From positions 1 through 31,069 of the forward strand of contig JBKHFZ010000016.1 of assembly GCA_046539925.1 (NCBI GenBank): 31,069 nt of DNA, given 5' to 3'. This document shows positions 18,602 to 27,392 of the stretch, piece after piece. The notes beneath the pieces are model-generated. The model saw nothing but the letters and a program-made list of their open reading frames with translations. It was not told the origin of the DNA and ran no database searches. This stretch comes from Spirochaetaceae bacterium. Lineage in GTDB: Bacteria > Spirochaetota > Spirochaetia > DSM-16054 > Sediminispirochaetaceae. Position numbers and translations under genes: made by a program. Within the stretch, counting starts at the first letter, position 1; every line of letters begins with the position of its first letter.

Positions 18602-18644
18602 AAACTTCAGCTATATGAAGGTTATAAGAAGGCTATAGAAAGGG

Positions 18645-19871
18645 TTACTTGTCAAACAGGGTAAACTGGGAATCCGCACCACCGCCCTCGGGGAGCGCCG
18701 CGTACTGTTGAATAAGGTGATTAACCACCTTGGGACGGTAGTCCGAGTAGCGCACTCCGAAGGCATTCTCCATTGTGGTATCCGACCAGATTACCTGGGC
18801 TTGAAGGTTGTAGAGCACTTTATTATTTCTGTCTTTAAGACGCAGGGTTATTATTTGCCCCGGTTTGAGTTCCGCCTCCGTAATACCCGACATACCGGTA
18901 AGGGAAATATCGCTTATATTGCCGGTATAAAAAGTTACCTGATCCGGGGTAAGGGCAAAACTCCCCTCCACTTTGTAGCGCCTTGAATCTCTGCGCTCTC
19001 CCTCGTAGATGCTTATACGCCGCTTACCGTTTACTTTTGAGTAGTAAAGAGATTTGTCCGCGCACTCTATTAACGCATGGCCGTCTTCGGCGTGGTACGG
19101 ATAGTTTCCAATTCCCCCCGAAAAGGAGAGCTGGCGGTTATGAGGGAAATCGGTCTGTACCACGCATTCCAAAAGCCGCTCGGAGAAAATCTTTGCGCCG
19201 TTAATATCGGTATGGGGAAGAATAATAACAAACTCCTCTCCCCCGTAACGGGCTGCCGTATCTTCGGTTCTTAAATAATTTTTTATAATAAAGGAAAACT
19301 TTTTTAGCACCTCATCTCCGAGGAGGTGACCGTATGTATCGTTTACCTCTTTGAAGTCGTCGATGTCCATCATCAGAAGAGAGAAGGTGTGTCCGTATCG
19401 TTTTGCCCGGTGTACCTCTTTCTCCAGCTGGGAGTCGAAGTAACTCCTGTTAAACAAGCCCGTTAGATAATCCAGATTGCCCGAGCGCACCATAGATTCG
19501 TATTTACTCAGCTCCATAAACTTGGGACACTGCAGTTTGGGATTTATATTGAGCAAGTAATCGAGCATCCCGACCCTAAAGCCGACATTACGTCCCTGTA
19601 CCATCTCCAGCTGCGCAGTATGCTCGAGTATATTATTGTAGTGTTCCCTGGCTTCTTCTTCGGACATTACGAGGTCCGACAGAATGTGCATAAAGTTGGA
19701 GAAGAGGTGTGTTTCGTCGTACTTCTCCTCATCGAGGCATTCCACGAGGGGATCTATGGAGTCGGAACCGCTGCAGAGCCTCTTTATAAGCCGAGAAACA
19801 CGTTTTTGATCTTCAGGTATTCTGTCCACATTAATCAATGTAACTCCATTGAGCGGGTAAATCAAGCTCAT
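18645..19871 (-). CDS. Diguanylate cyclase (GGDEF) with C-terminal PilZ domain
   Basis: GGDEF domain with an intact active site RYGGEEF and an RxxD I-site candidate. The C-terminus has the PilZ motifs RRDSRRY and DISLTGM (RxxxR ... DxSxxG). Start re-called to the ATG at 19871 (MSLIYPL); the track start at 19937 is a TTG. Confidence 0.8.
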   Translation of the reverse strand: MSLIYPLNGVTLINVDRIPEDQKRVSRLIKRLCSGSDSIDPLVECLDEEKYDETHLFSNFMHILSDLVMSEEEAREHYNNILEHTAQLEMVQGRNVGFRVGMLDYLLNINPKLQCPKFMELSKYESMVRSGNLDYLTGLFNRSYFDSQLEKEVHRAKRYGHTFSLLMMDIDDFKEVNDTYGHLLGDEVLKKFSFIIKNYLRTEDTAARYGGEEFVIILPHTDINGAKIFSERLLECVVQTDFPHNRQLSFSGGIGNYPYHAEDGHALIECADKSLYYSKVNGKRRISIYEGERRDSRRYKVEGSFALTPDQVTFYTGNISDISLTGMSGITEAELKPGQIITLRLKDRNNKVLYNLQAQVIWSDTTMENAFGVRYSDYRPKVVNHLIQQYAALPEGGGADSQFTLFDK

Positions 19872-19936
19872 TAATCCGCGTTTGAAAAGACATTTCCCGG
19901 CTTGTGTTTTTGGATAAACCCTATTATGATTTTCCA

Positions 19937-20476
19937 ATGGAATACAGAAACGACAATAACGAAAAATACGTACTCGAGGAGATGATTCCGAGTACCACCA
20001 TCTCTCAAACTGTAGAGAGAATTGCCGGAGAGATCGAAAGCACCTACGAACAAGTCCACCTTGTTGGACTGCTAAAGGGTTCCTTTGTCTTCGTAGCCGA
20101 CCTTATGAGAACCCTTAAAATTCCGCTTACCGTCGATTTTATGGCCGTATCCAGTTATGTCGGGACCAAGAGCTCCGGGGAGATAAAGATACTCAAGGAA
20201 CTGAATGAGCCTATTTTTGACAGGGACGTCCTTATTATAGAGGATATTGTCGATACGGGGCTTACTCTCTACGAAACAATAGAACTGCTAAACACACGAG
20301 ACCCGAAACAACTCAAGGTGTGTGCGCTCTTGGACAAGCACGAGCGCCGGGAAAAAGAGATAGAGGTGGCTTACACGGGCATCCAAATTCCCGATGAGTT
20401 TATTGTAGGGTACGGGATAGATTACGAACAGCGCCACCGGGAAGTGGACGGCATCTACAAAGAAAAGTTTATCTGA
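19937..20476 (+). CDS. hpt: Hypoxanthine(-guanine) phosphoribosyltransferase
   Basis: 180 aa from the ATG (MEYRND...) aligns end-to-end with E. coli Hpt: VGLLKGSFVFVADL, DVLIIEDIVDTGLTL (PRPP motif), IPDEFIVGYGIDYEQR. The track start at 19904 is a GTG. Confidence 0.9.
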   Translation: MEYRNDNNEKYVLEEMIPSTTISQTVERIAGEIESTYEQVHLVGLLKGSFVFVADLMRTLKIPLTVDFMAVSSYVGTKSSGEIKILKELNEPIFDRDVLIIEDIVDTGLTLYETIELLNTRDPKQLKVCALLDKHERREKEIEVAYTGIQIPDEFIVGYGIDYEQRHREVDGIYKEKFI

Positions 20477-20561
20477 GCGCAGGGGTATACACATGTGCCG
20501 TGTGTAATGGGCTTGGCGTGGTTTAGTTTGGTTTGGTTTGGGCAGGATCGTTTTACCCTGC

Positions 20562-21995
20562 TCAAGTCTCCTTTACTTCAAAGTTCTCCCCGTACTTTTT
20601 CCTGTAGTATTCGAGCCTTTTCTCTATATCGCTCTGTTTTCCCTTGCTCTCCGCATTAACCGGGGGGCGTTTCTTTTTCTCACCTCTATGGTCTCTCGTG
20701 CTTTTCTTTGGGCCCTTTGAGTCTCTTGGTCCTCTTGAGTCTCTTGATCCTCTTGAATTTTTGCTGCCGCCCCTTCGATCTCTTGAGCGGTCGTTCGAGG
20801 GTTTTGAAAGACCGCTGGAGACATGCATCCCCGCGCTTTTGTCTTCGGTCTGCAGAAGCTCTTCGCTTGCCCTCTGTACCGGTATCTTCATTTTGATAAA
20901 TTCCTCTACCGGCTCAAGCCCGAATACGAGCCGCTCGCACGCCAATGTTACCGCTTTACCGGTATTGCCTGCACGGGCGGTTCTTCCGACGCGATGCACG
21001 TAGTTTTCCGGGTCTTCGGGAATGTCGTAATTTATCACCATATCCAGATCGTTTATGTGGAGCCCCCTGGCGGCAACGTCCGTAGCCACGAGGATTCTCA
21101 GCTCTCCGCTTTTTATCTTTTCTATTATAGAGAGACGCTTCTTTTGAGGAAGGTCGCCCATAATATACTCCGCGTGATACCCGTTTATGTTCAATCGCTT
21201 TGCAATTTTTACGGCGGCGTGTTTTGTATTGGTAAAAATGACCGCGTTGGCGGGATTCTCCTGCTCAATAATACCGAGGAGAAGTTTGAACTTTTCGCCG
21301 GTGGATACATGGTACAAGACCTGGCTTATCTCGTCGACGGTAATACTGTCGTTGGAAATAATTATTTCCTTTGGTTCGTAGAGAAACTCCCAGGCAAGCT
21401 GCTGAATTTTCATTCCCAGGGTTGCGGAAAAAAGCATGGTTTGCCTTTTTTGCGGCCCGGACATGTGGCGGAGTATCTTTTTTAAATCCGGCAGGAAGCC
21501 CATATCGAAGAGTCTGTCCGCCTCGTCTATGACGAGGGTATCTACGTCCTTAAAAGAGAGCTTTTTAGACTGGGCAAAATCCAGAAGCCTTCCCGGGGTG
21601 CCTATAATAATGTCTACTCCCTCTTTTATATCCCGCTCCTGCTGTTTGTATCCCACTCCCCCGTAGAAGGATGCCGTCTTTAACGACAGCCCTCCGGATA
21701 GAAGCTGAGCCTCTTCGTCAATCTGTACGGCGAGTTCCCTTGTTGGTGCTACAATGAGCGCTTTGTGCCGGCCATTGTCGTCCCGCGTGAACTTTTCGAA
21801 TATGGTAAGCAAAAAGGCCGCGGTTTTACCCGTACCGGTCTTGGATTGGACGGTAACGTCCCGGCCATCTTCCATTGCGTGGCGGAAAACTTCTTCCTGA
21901 ACGGGAGTACACTCTTCAAATTTGGCATCTTGTATGCCCTGTAATATTTTTTGTGAGAAACTAAAATCGGTAAACTTCATAGGTAATTGTACCAT
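20562..21995 (-). CDS. DEAD-box ATP-dependent RNA helicase with Arg/Ser/Gly/Lys-rich C-terminal tail
   Basis: Q-motif TPVQ, Walker A SKTGTGKT, DEAD (VIDEADR), SAT, HRVGRTAR. Tail reads RDRRGGSKNSRGSRDSRGPRDSKGPKK. Confidence 0.9.
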   Translation of the reverse strand: MVQLPMKFTDFSFSQKILQGIQDAKFEECTPVQEEVFRHAMEDGRDVTVQSKTGTGKTAAFLLTIFEKFTRDDNGRHKALIVAPTRELAVQIDEEAQLLSGGLSLKTASFYGGVGYKQQERDIKEGVDIIIGTPGRLLDFAQSKKLSFKDVDTLVIDEADRLFDMGFLPDLKKILRHMSGPQKRQTMLFSATLGMKIQQLAWEFLYEPKEIIISNDSITVDEISQVLYHVSTGEKFKLLLGIIEQENPANAVIFTNTKHAAVKIAKRLNINGYHAEYIMGDLPQKKRLSIIEKIKSGELRILVATDVAARGLHINDLDMVINYDIPEDPENYVHRVGRTARAGNTGKAVTLACERLVFGLEPVEEFIKMKIPVQRASEELLQTEDKSAGMHVSSGLSKPSNDRSRDRRGGSKNSRGSRDSRGPRDSKGPKKSTRDHRGEKKKRPPVNAESKGKQSDIEKRLEYYRKKYGENFEVKET

Positions 21996-22050
21996 AAAAA
22001 TTTACGGTGTGAATAGAGGTTGCCCGCTTTAGAATCGATACAGCACCGCT

Positions 22051-24030
22051 TCAGTCCTGATACACCATATAGTCCAACATCTCATCGTCGGTATCCCGGG
22101 TAAAGGACCAGAGCTCCTCCTCCGAAAAGGAGGAAAAAGCCCCAAAAGTGGTTGTCTTATCGCTGTCTATGTCGGAGGTGTGGCGAATATAGGTTGTTTG
22201 GTAAAAGCTGAGTTTTTTGTCTCGGTGGATACCCATATTTATCAGGGTAAGTGCACCTCGCTGCATGAGCTTGAGTTTTTTCAAAAGATCATCCCTGGAG
22301 ACTATACTCCAGACTCCGAAAAAAATCGGCTGTCTGTGGTTGTTCATATCTCCTATAAACTCACCCCGAATAAGCTGTTCTTTATCTTTTCCCAGGTAAG
22401 GTACAAAATCAAGATGCTCCGCGAGTTTTCTGTCCGTAGCCAGGAAGTTCCCCGTCTCCGGGTCGAGGGTAAAAATCATCACATTCTCGATTGCCTGTCC
22501 GTAACTCTTAAACAGAGCCCCCCGATAATTTTCTATATCCACCCTTGAATACAGATGGAAGAGCCGTTTCTGTATTTCCAGGGTTATATCCAGAAACCAC
22601 TCTTTTATTTGAACATTTTCGCAGCGGAAAGAATCCAGTTCGCTCTTCAGCTCCTCTTCTTCTATTTTGTTCATAATAAAAGACAGCACCGTTCTAAAGA
22701 TGGTTCGAATGTTGTGGTGTTTGCCGAACTGGAGGATAAGATCAAAGAGGAACAGCTCCATATTTCTCAGCTGCCATATAAAAGCGATAACCTCGGTACG
22801 CGTTGTCTCCGTACCGATTGTATACACCTCGTAAAGTCTTTTTAGCTCGTTGTACCTTCTCTCGAGTTTTGCATACCACTTGTCCTGCCCTTTAATCGGC
22901 TTTTTAAAGCGAATATTCCATATAGTCCCCTCTCCCTCCTTGCTGTCTACGTGTAAATTCTCAGCTCCAAAGGTGGAATAGATCTGAATAGTACCGAGGC
23001 CCTCACCCTCCTTGCGGTCTTTTGTGGTATTTCCCACAAAGGCGGGCACTCCTGCCTCATCTTTTTTAAGGAGGTGCTTTGGAATACCAATGCCGTTGTC
23101 TCGAATCATCATAATTACTTCGTTGTCTTTTCCCTTGTTATCCCGAATCTCTATTTTAATTACTCCCTTTCGGTCTGTCTCCGCAATGGCCTCTAGAGAA
23201 TTTGAGACGATATTGACGAGGGCTCTTCCAAAATTTACATAGTATCCGAGCACAAGAGGAGACTCGGTTTCCAAAACAAGGTGAAGTGAGCAGGGAAGAG
23301 AGGAGGCTTCCACAAACGGGACTATCCTCTCAAAAATAAGGTCCTTGATATTTACCTCATGAATGCTGCTCATTGTATCTCGAAAGGCGTTGAGGGTATT
23401 TATAAGAGTTGTTGTCTCCCGGTTAATGTCCTCGATAATTTTGCCGCAGTTATCGACGGAAAGCATGTCCACCATGTGCGAGAGAAGGCGGATCGTTTTG
23501 CGAGCATCGTGCCTGGTCTTTCCAATCTCTTCGTTTAAAAATATCCCTCCCTCTTTGTTCGAGGAGGCAAAAGCTGCAATATCTTTTGCCCGTGCGTAGA
23601 GATGATAGAATATCAGGTTTCTGTAGACGGTAGTATCTCCAAGATTAAAACCCTTGTGCTGGAAAAACTCGAGGGTATCTACCTGCTTCTCCCAGAGATA
23701 GAGATACACTATTGCATCCGGTGCAACATTGACGGCAAGATATTCGATAAAAAGGGTGCCTATTCCCCTCCCTCGGCCAAAGGGGCTCGTTACCAGTTTG
23801 TATATGTTGAAATTCCTCTTTTTTTCATCGGAATATACAAGAACGTACCCGAGGATCTCTCCCTCCTCTATCCACACATAACTGTGTTCATAGTCCTTTA
23901 CCGACTTGCTGTCCTTTACGTAGGGAGAGGGAATTATAAAGGTGTCTATATGCAGAAGCGGATTCTTCTGTATTCTCTCCTCGAGTTCCGGGGTAAGCGT
24001 ATGAATTGCGTTTAACGATTTGGTGTCCAT
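22051..24030 (-). CDS. Multidomain protein: N-terminal GNAT acetyltransferase fold, central GHKL/HATPase_c ATPase, about 280-aa C-terminal domain of unknown function
   Basis: GNAT motif region VWIEEGEILGYVLVY...SPFGRGRGIGTLFIEYL. HATPase_c with N-box NIVSNSLEAI, G1 IRDNGIGIP, G2 GEGLGT. No canonical HisKA H-box seen. Start re-called to the ATG at 24030 (MDTKSLN); the track start at 24099 is a TTG. Confidence 0.6.
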   Translation of the reverse strand: MDTKSLNAIHTLTPELEERIQKNPLLHIDTFIIPSPYVKDSKSVKDYEHSYVWIEEGEILGYVLVYSDEKKRNFNIYKLVTSPFGRGRGIGTLFIEYLAVNVAPDAIVYLYLWEKQVDTLEFFQHKGFNLGDTTVYRNLIFYHLYARAKDIAAFASSNKEGGIFLNEEIGKTRHDARKTIRLLSHMVDMLSVDNCGKIIEDINRETTTLINTLNAFRDTMSSIHEVNIKDLIFERIVPFVEASSLPCSLHLVLETESPLVLGYYVNFGRALVNIVSNSLEAIAETDRKGVIKIEIRDNKGKDNEVIMMIRDNGIGIPKHLLKKDEAGVPAFVGNTTKDRKEGEGLGTIQIYSTFGAENLHVDSKEGEGTIWNIRFKKPIKGQDKWYAKLERRYNELKRLYEVYTIGTETTRTEVIAFIWQLRNMELFLFDLILQFGKHHNIRTIFRTVLSFIMNKIEEEELKSELDSFRCENVQIKEWFLDITLEIQKRLFHLYSRVDIENYRGALFKSYGQAIENVMIFTLDPETGNFLATDRKLAEHLDFVPYLGKDKEQLIRGEFIGDMNNHRQPIFFGVWSIVSRDDLLKKLKLMQRGALTLINMGIHRDKKLSFYQTTYIRHTSDIDSDKTTTFGAFSSFSEEELWSFTRDTDDEMLDYMVYQD

Positions 24031-24115
24031 ATAAGCAGTATAGTATACTTTTACAGGTTTCGCACGCCCTGCGGCTGCAAGCACGCATCTCGGCGGCAAG
24101 GGAAGCGACGAGAAT

Positions 24116-24136
24116 ATGGTTCAAAGCTTGGGTAAA
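24116..24136. repeat. Left copy of a perfect 21-bp inverted repeat (ATGGTTCAAAGCTTGGGTAAA)
   Basis: Exact reverse complement of 25127-25147. Lies in the divergent intergenic region between the GNAT-ATPase gene and the metalloenzyme gene. Confidence 0.9.
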
Positions 24137-24203
24137 AAGCGGATAAAGACGCGGCGCTCGACAACAATGCAGTCAAAATAGTAATATGCAGCAGGACGAG
24201 GGT

Positions 24204-25118
24204 ATGAGAAAACTGTTTTTCTTTTTTATAGACGGTATAGGCCTTGGGGAGGATGACCCGGAGATAAATCAGCTGTGTTCTTTTCTCTCCCCCTTTTTGG
24301 GGTCGATCCACTTTACCTCACACAATGCGCCTCGCAGGGGAGAAAACTTTATTCTTCTGCCGGCGGACGCGTGTCTTGGTGTTGAGGGTACCCCCAAGTC
24401 CGCCACCGGACAGACGAGCATAATGACAGGTGTAAATGCGTCCCGTCTCCTCGGCTACCACATGCAGGCTTTTCCCAACAATTCCCTCATCGAACTGCTG
24501 CAGCGGGAAAATCTCTTTTTATCTTTAAAGGAGAAGGGAATAAGCTCGACCTGCGCAAATCTCTACAGCCATGAGTTCCTCGAAGAGAGAAAAAATAAAC
24601 GCAAAAATATGCTCCCCGTCTCCACGCTGTCCCTTGAATCCGCGGGTATCCCCCTTCGTTTTATCCAGGACTACAGGGAGGGGAAGGCTCTCTTTGCCGA
24701 TATTACCAACCGCTTCTTAAGGGCACGGGGGTACAACCTTCCCATTCTCTCTCCTGGCGAGGGTGCGGAGAGGATAGTAGGGCTTTTACGGGAGTACCAA
24801 TTTGTCTTTTTTGAATATTTTCTTACCGACTCCTACGGGCACACGATGGAGTTTCGCCGTATCGAGAAAGAGGTGGATAAGCTCAATGAGTTTTTAGCCC
24901 GTCTGCAGCAGGCCGTAAACAACGAGGACGACCCCGTAGATATACTTATTACAAGCGATCATGGAAACGCGGAAGATAATAGAACCGCCGATCATACCCG
25001 AAATCCCGTTCCCTTCTTTTTCGCCTCCCGCAGTATTTCCTCTTTTACATATTTTGAAGGGGAAGTAAAAAGTTTGACCGATATAAAGCAGGCAATTCTC
25101 TCTTACTTCGATAAGTAG
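24204..25118 (+). CDS. Alkaline-phosphatase-superfamily metalloenzyme (cofactor-independent phosphoglycerate mutase / phosphopentomutase-like 'metalloenzyme' domain)
   Basis: MRKLFFFFIDGIGLGEDDP (N-terminal metal-binding Asp region) and ILITSDHGNAEDNRTADHTRNPVPFF (C-terminal DHG/His metal site). Start could be 24186 or 24204. Confidence 0.6.
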   Translation: MRKLFFFFIDGIGLGEDDPEINQLCSFLSPFLGSIHFTSHNAPRRGENFILLPADACLGVEGTPKSATGQTSIMTGVNASRLLGYHMQAFPNNSLIELLQRENLFLSLKEKGISSTCANLYSHEFLEERKNKRKNMLPVSTLSLESAGIPLRFIQDYREGKALFADITNRFLRARGYNLPILSPGEGAERIVGLLREYQFVFFEYFLTDSYGHTMEFRRIEKEVDKLNEFLARLQQAVNNEDDPVDILITSDHGNAEDNRTADHTRNPVPFFFASRSISSFTYFEGEVKSLTDIKQAILSYFDK

Positions 25119-25126
25119 ATTTGTCG

Positions 25127-25147
25127 TTTACCCAAGCTTTGAACCAT
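25127..25147. repeat. Right copy of a perfect 21-bp inverted repeat (TTTACCCAAGCTTTGAACCAT)
   Basis: Exact reverse complement of 24116-24136. Located 9 nt after the metalloenzyme stop. Confidence 0.9.
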
Positions 25148-25154
25148 CACTCTA

Positions 25155-25991
25155 CTATACCTGCTTATCAAGGAACAGAGTCGATTCCTCTATGGAATCT
25201 CTAGACACACAGGCTTCTTCCCCCGATCCGAGGTTTTCCGCTGAGAGCGATAGAAGAAACGGACGGCCCCCGTACACGCGGGTCGAGTTGAGGGTAACTA
25301 CCCTCCCGTCATGATCGAAAGCCGGACCATTTACTGCCTTTCTCGGCTCATGGCTTCTTATAATCAGTCGACAACCGAGGGCTTCCAGTATTCTATCTGT
25401 TACATCGGGGCCGAACACGGTACCCGCTCCCCGCATATTTGGAGAGATACCCTTCTCCGGGCCGGGATCGCTCCATAGAATATCCTGCCTCAATTTTTGA
25501 TCCGGCTCTTCCAGAGAAGAGGGGTCTTCTATACCTTTACCAATTCCGCCGTGAACAAAAAGAGTGCCCCCCGCTATTGCCGCAATAGAGAGTTTATTCA
25601 TAAATCCTTTAAAGGTGGAATCGAAAAACTTTTCCCACCCTCCCCTCTTTCTATTTGCCTCCTCAATTAAAGTGCAGGGTCTAAAAGTCGGTTCCCCATC
25701 CTCGGTATACTCCTCATGATTACCCTTTAGAGCCGCTACTTTGTCCGGATGTGCATCGAGAAGCGCGTTAATCCCCTCAATTACCTCAACCCCTTCGGCT
25801 CCTCGGTCGGCATAATCTCCGAGAAAGACAACAATGTCCCCCGGTCTTCGCAGGGAGAGCCCCCGTTTAAGGGCAGCCAGGTCCCCGTGAATATCCCCGA
25901 AGACCAATAAGCGCCCGTCCTCTCCAGGGGATATTCGTGCCAATAAACCGTCTCTTTGAATTTCCGCTTTACTTTCTGCGCCGCCGCTCAT
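25155..25991 (-). CDS. PPP-family (calcineurin-like) serine/threonine protein phosphatase
   Basis: GDIHGD, GDYADRG and GNHE motifs in the canonical order and spacing. Confidence 0.8.
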   Translation of the reverse strand: MSGGAESKAEIQRDGLLARISPGEDGRLLVFGDIHGDLAALKRGLSLRRPGDIVVFLGDYADRGAEGVEVIEGINALLDAHPDKVAALKGNHEEYTEDGEPTFRPCTLIEEANRKRGGWEKFFDSTFKGFMNKLSIAAIAGGTLFVHGGIGKGIEDPSSLEEPDQKLRQDILWSDPGPEKGISPNMRGAGTVFGPDVTDRILEALGCRLIIRSHEPRKAVNGPAFDHDGRVVTLNSTRVYGGRPFLLSLSAENLGSGEEACVSRDSIEESTLFLDKQV

Positions 25992-26003
25992 ACCTCTTTC
26001 CCT

Positions 26004-26786
26004 TTAACCGTTAGAAAGGTAATTTTCTACTATGTGAATTCTCTCGTTATAATAATCTTTTCGGCCTTTGTTAAAGGAGCTCGGATCGCCTTCTATACCC
26101 GTTTGAGCGGGGCTAAGCTCCCTTGTTTTTTCGGTGAGAGTTTTTAGATAGTCCTTCCATGTCATGGAGACTTGGACCCCGCTTTTTGGCGCACCCTCCA
26201 TTATCTTCTTCCAGTCCTCTCCCTTTTTCCGCTTTATCAGGGCAAGCAGAACCAACTCATCCGGAGAGAGATCTTCCAACATCTCTATCCCGGTCTCTCT
26301 ATTTAACATTACCCTGTAAAACTCCTCCTCCGCCTTTTTGTATTCTCCCTTTTCGTAATACATCTGGGCCAGCAGGGGAAACCTTTTCTCCGTCATGTAG
26401 GTTCTTGTCTCGGACATTTCCAAAAACTCCTGAGCCTTTTTTAAATTACCGTCTTCGAGGTATGCAGAACCTATAAAAAATGCCAATGCGGGAGAACGGG
26501 TCTTTTCCCACCCTTTCAAGAGCACCTCGAAACGGTGTTTGAGATTCCTGTTATCAGAATGATACAGAAAGTATTCAAGATAGATCTCCGGACTGTCGGT
26601 AAACTTGTTCACCCCTTTCTCCAGTATCGAGTCCGCCTTTTCGTAGTTTTCCCGGTGGCGGTGGTAATTTGCATCGTCTATTGCCCTTTTCCATCCTGGG
26701 GTTTTTATTAACGGGAGAACAACCCTAAAAAAGATTACCAGTAAAAAGAGAAGCCCCGGTAGGAGCAGCAGTAAAGTAAAAGACAT
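26004..26786 (-). CDS. Membrane-anchored TPR-repeat protein
   Basis: N-terminal hydrophobic helix (SFTLLLLLPGLLFLLVIFF) followed by TPR-like repeats (YYEKGEYKKAEEEF, AYLEDGNLKKAQEFLE). Confidence 0.6.
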   Translation of the reverse strand: MSFTLLLLLPGLLFLLVIFFRVVLPLIKTPGWKRAIDDANYHRHRENYEKADSILEKGVNKFTDSPEIYLEYFLYHSDNRNLKHRFEVLLKGWEKTRSPALAFFIGSAYLEDGNLKKAQEFLEMSETRTYMTEKRFPLLAQMYYEKGEYKKAEEEFYRVMLNRETGIEMLEDLSPDELVLLALIKRKKGEDWKKIMEGAPKSGVQVSMTWKDYLKTLTEKTRELSPAQTGIEGDPSSFNKGRKDYYNERIHIVENYLSNG

Positions 26787-26798
26787 AGAACACTCCTG

Positions 26799-27320
26799 TC
26801 AATTTTTGCATGGAAGTATTTGGTATTTTCCGTTTAAAGCGTCGACAATTACGAAAAACGGCTTTTGGTTCCGGGAAGAACATCTTACGAGCCAAAAAGG
26901 TTTGTGTATAACTTTCTCCTCTATTATCTCCTTTCTGGGGACAAAGAGCATCTTTAACTTGGTGGTGATAGAATGTTGCAGATAGGTCTGCGCTGTCTCG
27001 GAGGCCTTCTCTATGGAAATGTCCGGGTCTATTACCAGATCTTCGTCCACGTCCAGAGTATCCAGGTTAAACCTGTCCGCGCTGGAGGCGGTGTTGTTTA
27101 TCATATCCACGAGAATATGGGCCTCGAAGGGTCTTTTGTGGCGTTGAATGGCAAAAGTAAAATGATAATGTCGCCAGTAATAGGGGTAATATATTTTCTT
27201 CTGTGTGTGAACTCTATCCAAACGTGATTTCTGATAGAGAATTCTCTCCGCCTGTTTGGAGGTGACACTGTTCTGTATAGAAAGAATAGACGTCTCTTTT
27301 ACCTGTTCCATTGTGTGCAC
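26799..27320 (-). CDS. Hypothetical protein (173 aa), first gene of a putative hyp-TPR-PPP phosphatase operon
   Basis: ORF with coding-like composition, 12-nt gaps to the downstream genes, no motifs recognised. Confidence 0.4.
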   Translation of the reverse strand: MHTMEQVKETSILSIQNSVTSKQAERILYQKSRLDRVHTQKKIYYPYYWRHYHFTFAIQRHKRPFEAHILVDMINNTASSADRFNLDTLDVDEDLVIDPDISIEKASETAQTYLQHSITTKLKMLFVPRKEIIEEKVIHKPFWLVRCSSRNQKPFFVIVDALNGKYQILPCKN

Positions 27321-27392
27321 TGTATCATACTAGAAGAACTGCAGCCACCCTCATTATATAGAGGGGGGCTGCAGCGGTAATTTTAAAGTAAC

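Noticed and set aside
20510-20545. GGTTTAGTTTGGTTTGGTTTGGG short tandem GTTTG repeats
   Set aside because: Only about 4 units, in a convergent intergenic spacer. A weak hairpin follows, which is likely terminator-related.
20640-20800. Tandem repeats of about 18 nt (GAGTCTCTTGGTCCTCTT-like)
   Set aside because: They encode the RS/RG-rich low-complexity tail of the DEAD-box helicase (antisense view). It is coding repetition, not a CRISPR array or satellite.
20823-21485. 220-aa + strand ORF
   Set aside because: It is antisense to the DEAD-box helicase gene.
24031-24099. Upstream TTG/GTG starts used by the ORF track (e.g. 24099, 19937 minus, 19904, 16072, 14244, 30811, 12397)
   Set aside because: The track translates alternative start codons as M. 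In each case an internal ATG with better homology onset and/or a ribosome-binding site was preferred, and the coordinates were adjusted.
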